A stretch of DNA of 63,944 bases, the filler included, from Candidatus Desantisbacteria bacterium CG1_02_49_89 (GTDB taxonomy: Bacteria; Desantisbacteria; UBA1551), in assembly GCA_001871075.1 (NCBI GenBank). It is 4 parts of 4 records of this genome, joined end to end, with 100 filler letters (N's around TTAATTAATTAA, not from the genome) between each part and the next. Parts side by side here need not be neighbours in the genome. Positions count along the whole stretch, not along the records: positions 49,946 to 63,944 come from MNUP01000019.1; 3 more parts are not named here. One strand, 5' to 3'. A program made the position numbers and the translations under genes. The notes under the pieces were generated by a model. It saw nothing but the letters and a program-made list of their open reading frames with translations. It made no database searches and was not told the DNA's origin. This document shows, in pieces, positions 59,004-63,944 of the stretch (position 1 is the first letter of the stretch; each line of letters opens with the position of its first letter).

Positions 59004-60428
59004 ATGAAAGTAACACTAGTTAACACCAACCTGATGAAGCCGCCTGTGGTGCCGGTCGGCCTTGATTACCTTGCGACTGCCCTCAAGCAGAAAGGGCATG
59101 ATGTGGGCCTTCTTGACCTGTGCATGGCGGATGACTGGAAAAAGGCGTGCGACGGATATTTTGAGAAAAATCAGCCTGACGCCATAGGCGTAACTGTCCG
59201 CAACACGGATGACTGCTATTTCGCGAGCCGCGATTTTATTATGCCAGGCATAAAGCGGATCGTGAATTATATCAAGACAAAAAGCCCGGCACCGATGATC
59301 GCAGGCGGGGTGGGTTTTTCCCTGATGCCGGAAAAAGCTCTGGATCACCTGGACATAAAACTCGGCATAGCGGGCGAGGGCGAGGAGTCTTTGCCAGCTC
59401 TTCTTGATGTTCTGGGAAAGACCGACGAATACCGGAAGATCCCGGGGCTTGTGCGCAAGGTGTCCGGGAACTTCGTCAGGAACCCGCCCAGATACATCGA
59501 CCTTTCGACCATAAAGCTTTCCGCAAGGGATACAGTTGACAACCTTTGGTATTTTAACGAAGGCGGGATGGGAGCCGTTGAAACAAAGCGCGGGTGCGAC
59601 CAGAACTGCATATACTGCGCCGACCCTCTTGCGAAAGGCAGGATATGCCGCGCGCGCCCTCCGGAAGACATTGCGGATGAATTTGAGAACCTGCTGAAAC
59701 TCGGGATAACCCACTTCCATCTCTGCGACAGCGAGTTCAACCTGCCTTACGAACACGCGGTTGCTGTCAGCAGGGAACTGGCAGACCGGGGACTGGGAGA
59801 CAGGATCCGATGGTACATTTACGCAAGCCCTGTGCCGTTTGACGTGAACCTTGCGCGCCTGATGAAAAGCGCGGGGTGCGCGGGAATAAATTTCGGCGTT
59901 GACAGCGCGAACTACTCTATGCTCAAGACCCTTGGCAGGAATTTTATGCCCTCAGACCTGCTCTACGCGGCGAAGACATGCAGGAAACAGGGCATAGCCG
60001 TGATGTTCGACCTCCTTATAGGGGGGCCGGGGGAAACCAGGAAGACCGTTAGCGACACGATAAAGTTCGCGTCGGATTGCGATCCTGACAGGATCGGGGT
60101 CGCTATGGGGATAAGGGTGTACCCGGGCACGCCTTTCGCTGACTGGGTGAAAAGCGAAGGCGACAGGAAAAAGCTGCACTGGGGTAAAACAAAGGACAGC
60201 GGTTTCTTCGCGCCCGTCTTCTACCTTGAGAGCGATTTCACAAGCTGCATACAGAACCTGATAGCAGGGGATGAAAGGTTCTTCTTCCCCCACGCCAGGA
60301 ACAAGAGCTATAACTACAACAACAACAAGGCCCTGGTTGACGCCATAAAAGGCGGCGAGCGCGGAGCGTTCTGGGACATAATGAGACGTACCCCTGTGCC
60401 GAAGCGCGGCTCGGAAATAGAGTTGTGA
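59004..60428 (+). CDS. B12-binding domain radical SAM protein
   Basis: PVGLDYLA N-terminal domain, GEGE, RGCDQNCIYC (CxxxCxxC), GGPGET. Confidence 0.9.
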   Translation: MKVTLVNTNLMKPPVVPVGLDYLATALKQKGHDVGLLDLCMADDWKKACDGYFEKNQPDAIGVTVRNTDDCYFASRDFIMPGIKRIVNYIKTKSPAPMIAGGVGFSLMPEKALDHLDIKLGIAGEGEESLPALLDVLGKTDEYRKIPGLVRKVSGNFVRNPPRYIDLSTIKLSARDTVDNLWYFNEGGMGAVETKRGCDQNCIYCADPLAKGRICRARPPEDIADEFENLLKLGITHFHLCDSEFNLPYEHAVAVSRELADRGLGDRIRWYIYASPVPFDVNLARLMKSAGCAGINFGVDSANYSMLKTLGRNFMPSDLLYAAKTCRKQGIAVMFDLLIGGPGETRKTVSDTIKFASDCDPDRIGVAMGIRVYPGTPFADWVKSEGDRKKLHWGKTKDSGFFAPVFYLESDFTSCIQNLIAGDERFFFPHARNKSYNYNNNKALVDAIKGGERGAFWDIMRRTPVPKRGSEIEL

Positions 60429-60498
60429 TTATTATTCCTCTTGTTTCTCCTCTCCCCTAAGGGGAGAGGATGCAAGGTGAGGGGGGGAATGAGTTGTA

Positions 60499-61584
60499 AT
60501 GAAAATAAAATATATTTTGTCAGCCTGCGTTCTTTACACGGCAACCGCGATGATAAACTTAAACGCCAAGACACTATTTGACGCTGCGGACCTTCACAGC
60601 GACGTCCTTTTAAATATCCTGGAGGATCCCGGGTACCTGGATAAGGATAAACCGGGCCAGCATACAAGTTTCAGGACGATAAAACAGGGGAATTACAGGC
60701 TTATCGTTGTGATAGTGTCCGGAGACTTCTTCTTTGACAGGAACATGGAAAAGCCGGGCTGGATAAGCCGCAGGCTGTGGAAGGAACTCGGGAAATACAG
60801 GCTAAAGAAAAGAGAATTTGCCGGACACTGCATCGATCTTGTTAAAAAAACATTTAAGGATAAAAAGGATTTTGTGCTGGTGACAGGCCGCAAAGACCTG
60901 GATACTGTCGAGAAAGAGAAAAAGACAGGCATACTGCTCGGTGTCGAGGGAATGCGGGTGGCGGAAAATCCCGGGGACGTAGAGTGGCTTTATGAAAACG
61001 GCGTCAGGGTGTTCGGGCTTGTCTGGAACAGCGATAACAAGTTCGCGCATTCCCACAAAAGCAAATCCGGCCTGACAGAGGAAGGGAAAGAGCTTGTCAG
61101 GGCTATCGCAAAGGCAGGCGGGATAATAGACCTGTCGCATGCCTCGGAAAGGACGGTCCTCGACGCGATAGAAACGGCAGGCAGGGACTGTCCGTTCATG
61201 GCAAGCCATTCGGGGGTAAGGCAGATATCAGATGTATCCCGCAACCCGTCCGATGAAGCGATAAAAGCGATTGCGGGGACCGGGGGCATAATAGGCGCGA
61301 CTTTCTACAGGACGCTCATAAAGAACAGGAACAACAAAAGTCCTGTCTACGCTACAACAGATGACGTGCTGGACACGATTGACTGTATGGCAAAGATGAT
61401 CCCGATCTCTAATGTGGCGATTGGGACGGATTACGGCTCAATTATACCGCCGAAAGGCCTTGAGAACGCCGGATGCATCCAGAAAATAGGCGCGGGCATG
61501 CTTAAAAGAGGGTACACTCAGGAAGAAGCCAACAAGGTTATGGGTGCAAACGCGCTTAAATTTTTAAGGAAAGCTCTGAAGTAG
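60499..61584 (+). CDS. Membrane dipeptidase (peptidase M19)
   Basis: DLHSD, LGVEG, GLT..G, IDLSH, ASHS, RN..DE, IGTDY. Confidence 0.88.
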   Translation: MKIKYILSACVLYTATAMINLNAKTLFDAADLHSDVLLNILEDPGYLDKDKPGQHTSFRTIKQGNYRLIVVIVSGDFFFDRNMEKPGWISRRLWKELGKYRLKKREFAGHCIDLVKKTFKDKKDFVLVTGRKDLDTVEKEKKTGILLGVEGMRVAENPGDVEWLYENGVRVFGLVWNSDNKFAHSHKSKSGLTEEGKELVRAIAKAGGIIDLSHASERTVLDAIETAGRDCPFMASHSGVRQISDVSRNPSDEAIKAIAGTGGIIGATFYRTLIKNRNNKSPVYATTDDVLDTIDCMAKMIPISNVAIGTDYGSIIPPKGLENAGCIQKIGAGMLKRGYTQEEANKVMGANALKFLRKALK

Positions 61585-61596
61585 TGCCTCCGTCCC

Positions 61597-61625
61597 TTGC
61601 ATAATCTCTTTAAATATGATATAAT
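61597..61625 (+). promoter_or_regulatory. Sigma70-type promoter for htpX
   Basis: TTGCAT-17 bp-TATAAT with TGn. Confidence 0.55.
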
Positions 61626-61764
61626 GTATGTTTAGTATAATAGTTTAAAGGTTTCGCGGCTTAAGGGTTTGAAGGTTTTAAAACCTCGAAACCGCTAAAC
61701 CCGAAACCTCGAAACAAATAGTTCACGTACGACGTAAGACGCTCGACGACCGACGGAGGTTTAC

Positions 61765-62622
61765 ATGAGCAATATCTGGAAAACAGGCATACTGATGGCA
61801 GCGCTGACAGCGCTGATGATCCTGATCGGAAAGGTTTTAGGCGGGACTGACGGGATGTTCTTCGCGTTCGCGTTCGCTCTTCTGATTAATTTCGCCTCGT
61901 ACTGGTTCTCTGATAAGATCATCCTTTCGATATACAGGGCAAAAGAAGTGGATGCCGTTAAATCACCCCAGCTTTACAGCACTGTCCAGCACCTTGCGAA
62001 CACCATGCAGCTCCCGATGCCAAAGGTATATATAGTCCCGAGCCCTTCGCCCAACGCCTTTGCAACAGGCCGGGACCCAAAGCACTCCGCGGTCGCTGTT
62101 ACAGAAGGGAACTTGCAGCTTTTAAACAGGGATGAGCTTGAAGCTGTTATGGCCCACGAAATGACGCACATAAAGAACCGCGATACCCTTATATCCACGG
62201 TTGCGGCTTCGCTTGCAGGCGCGGTCACAATGCTTGCAAGGTTCGCGGGGATGTCCGCGTTTTTCGGGGGGAGCAGGGATGATGACAGGGGCGGGGGAGG
62301 GCTTGCGATCCTGATATACCTGCTTGCGCCTCTTGCAGCGCTTCTTATCCAGCTTGCGATCTCCAGGTCAAGGGAATTCATGGCTGATGAAGGCAGCGGC
62401 AGGGTGACCAGAAGGCCTGCAAGCCTTGCGAGCGCTTTGCAGAAACTGGTTGCCTCAGTAAAACAGGCGCCTATGGCGGCAGAACCAGCTACGGCCCACC
62501 TTTTTATAGTCAGCCCGTTTGCCGGAACCGGCTTTATACAGCTGTTCAGCACCCACCCGCCGGTCGAGCAGAGGGTTGAGAAACTGCAGGAGCTGGACAA
62601 ACTTATAAGGGCAGGAAAGTAA
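61765..62622 (+). CDS. htpX: Zinc metalloprotease HtpX
   Basis: PNAFATGRDP, HEMTH, ISRSREF.AD, FSTHPP. Confidence 0.94.
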   Translation: MSNIWKTGILMAALTALMILIGKVLGGTDGMFFAFAFALLINFASYWFSDKIILSIYRAKEVDAVKSPQLYSTVQHLANTMQLPMPKVYIVPSPSPNAFATGRDPKHSAVAVTEGNLQLLNRDELEAVMAHEMTHIKNRDTLISTVAASLAGAVTMLARFAGMSAFFGGSRDDDRGGGGLAILIYLLAPLAALLIQLAISRSREFMADEGSGRVTRRPASLASALQKLVASVKQAPMAAEPATAHLFIVSPFAGTGFIQLFSTHPPVEQRVEKLQELDKLIRAGK

Positions 62623-62822
62623 AACTCAGTTTACAGAGTTTATAAAGTTTACAAGTAGCGCTGTGCCCGCCAATTGGTTTGGCGGGGTGCGACGTTTCGT
62701 CGCACGACGTAGGGGCGGGCTTGCCCGCACCGTCTGTCATTGCGACACGCCAATATTCGTGGCGGGGAAGCAATCTCGTGTGGAAGGTCTATTTCGAAAA
62801 CAGATCCAAAAGGAACTCCAAT

Positions 62823-63620
62823 ATGAATATAAAAGGGAAGGTAGTTATCGTAACAGGCGGAAGCCGCGGCATAGGCAGGGGGATCTCCCTTAGCCTGGCC
62901 AAAGAAGGCGCGAAGGTGGCTGTTAATTATCACAGGCACCCGGAAAACGCGAAGGATACCGCGAAGAAGATCGAATCCCTTGGCGGGGAAGCTATGATCG
63001 CCAGCGCTGACGTGACAAGCTCTTCCCAGGTCAAACACATGGTAGCTTCTGTTATTGACAAATGGGGAAGGATAGACGTTTTGGTGAACAATGCCGGGCA
63101 CATCGCAGGCGGGGGATTATTAGATATCACGGAAGAAGAGTGGGATAAAATGATGGCGGTCCACCTGAAAGGCCCTTTCCTGTGCTGCAAGGAAGTCGTG
63201 CCGCACATGATAAAACAAAGGAAAGATGAAAAGGGCTGGGCAGGGAAGATCATCAACATCAGCTCGGTCGGAGGGGTGGCAGGCCAGTCAGTCATGCATT
63301 ACTGCACGGCAAAAGGAGGGCTGATCACCCTCACGCAGTCCCTTGCCAGGCATCTGGCAAAATTCAACATAATGGTGAACGTCATCGCTCCGGGGCCTAC
63401 GGTCTCAGACCTTGGGAGTTCCGAGCCCAACACAGAGGAGAAACACGAGCAGAAGAGGAAATGGGCAAGGGAAAGCGGAAAATTCCCGCTGGGCAGGATC
63501 GGGGAGCCGGAAGACATAGCCAACGCGGTATTATTCCTTATTTCAAACGACTACATTACCGGGGAGACCATCAGCATCTCCGGCGGCTGGGGCACGCTTT
63601 ACAACGAGCTTCTTATGTAG
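62823..63620 (+). CDS. SDR family oxidoreductase (FabG-like)
   Basis: TGGSRGIG, NNAG, NISS, YCTAK. Confidence 0.92.
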   Translation: MNIKGKVVIVTGGSRGIGRGISLSLAKEGAKVAVNYHRHPENAKDTAKKIESLGGEAMIASADVTSSSQVKHMVASVIDKWGRIDVLVNNAGHIAGGGLLDITEEEWDKMMAVHLKGPFLCCKEVVPHMIKQRKDEKGWAGKIINISSVGGVAGQSVMHYCTAKGGLITLTQSLARHLAKFNIMVNVIAPGPTVSDLGSSEPNTEEKHEQKRKWARESGKFPLGRIGEPEDIANAVLFLISNDYITGETISISGGWGTLYNELLM

Positions 63621-63717
63621 CGGTGCCTGCCCGCCAGTTTTTGTGGAGGGCGATTTATCGCACATAAAAATAGGGACACACGGTAGGTTAATACCCCCCC
63701 AATAATTTGCAACCTAG

Positions 63718-63879
63718 TATGGTGTCTCTAACAGATCTTTACATTTGGGCTGTCATTGCGAGGAGTGTTAACGACGAAGCAATCTTGACCTAAAAATCGA
63801 GATTGCCACGCTCCCTTTGGTCGCTCGCAATGACAACTCAAAGCAGAATCAAATGTCAAGGGATTTATGCGACACCATA
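63718..63879 (+). mobile_element. 162-bp MITE flanked by CTAG duplication
   Basis: TIR TATGGTGTC/GACACCATA; CTAG at 63714-63717 and 63880-63883. Confidence 0.9.
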
Positions 63880-63883
63880 CTAG

Positions 63884-63944
63884 TGTGGTGTCTCTAACAG
63901 ATCTTTACATTTGGGCTGTCATTGCGAGGAGTGTTAACGACGAA
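63884..63944 (+). mobile_element. Third MITE copy in head-to-tail tandem, truncated by window end
   Basis: TGTGGTGTCTCTAACAGATCTTTAC... directly after the CTAG. Confidence 0.88.

Noticed and set aside
63714-63944. CRISPR or tRNA-like repeat at window end
   Set aside because: Unit is 162 bp with TIRs and TSD and no spacers; it is a MITE

Overview
Bacterial MAG sequence made of four contigs joined by artificial 100-bp N44-TTAATTAATTAA-N44 linkers (17010-17109, 32869-32968, 49846-49945), so adjacency across linkers has no biological meaning. A secretin and two PorV-like barrels point to a diderm cell. Contig 1 (minus strand) has a partial secretin, an OPT-like transporter with an in-frame TAG, rmuC, and a PorV-like gene behind a >3700-aa Ig-repeat surface protein whose 5' part is disrupted by a 162-bp MITE. 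Contig 2 has two paralogous ~1550-aa secreted proteins separated by a hairpin-flanked DUF559 nuclease, an O-antigen-ligase/TPR protein, a RAYT-type HUH transposase with a 27-bp direct repeat, and three small secreted proteins that look like circularly permuted DUF11 domains. These three are my best candidate for a new system: a donor-strand, isopeptide-crosslinked fibre. Contig 3 has rnhB-yraN, then about 15 kb of accessory genes (cargo+PorV pair, MFS, fba, ABC pair, large secreted protein, TA pair, ATPase-wHTH, DUF5678/aspartyl protease modules, RAYT fragment), then comM. Contig 4 has housekeeping and sugar genes and ends in tandem MITE copies. Intergenic DNA is dense with several families of miniature palindromic and 7-9-bp periodic repeats, some nested and some in-frame inside genes. 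All family calls come from motif recognition by eye; no database searches were run.
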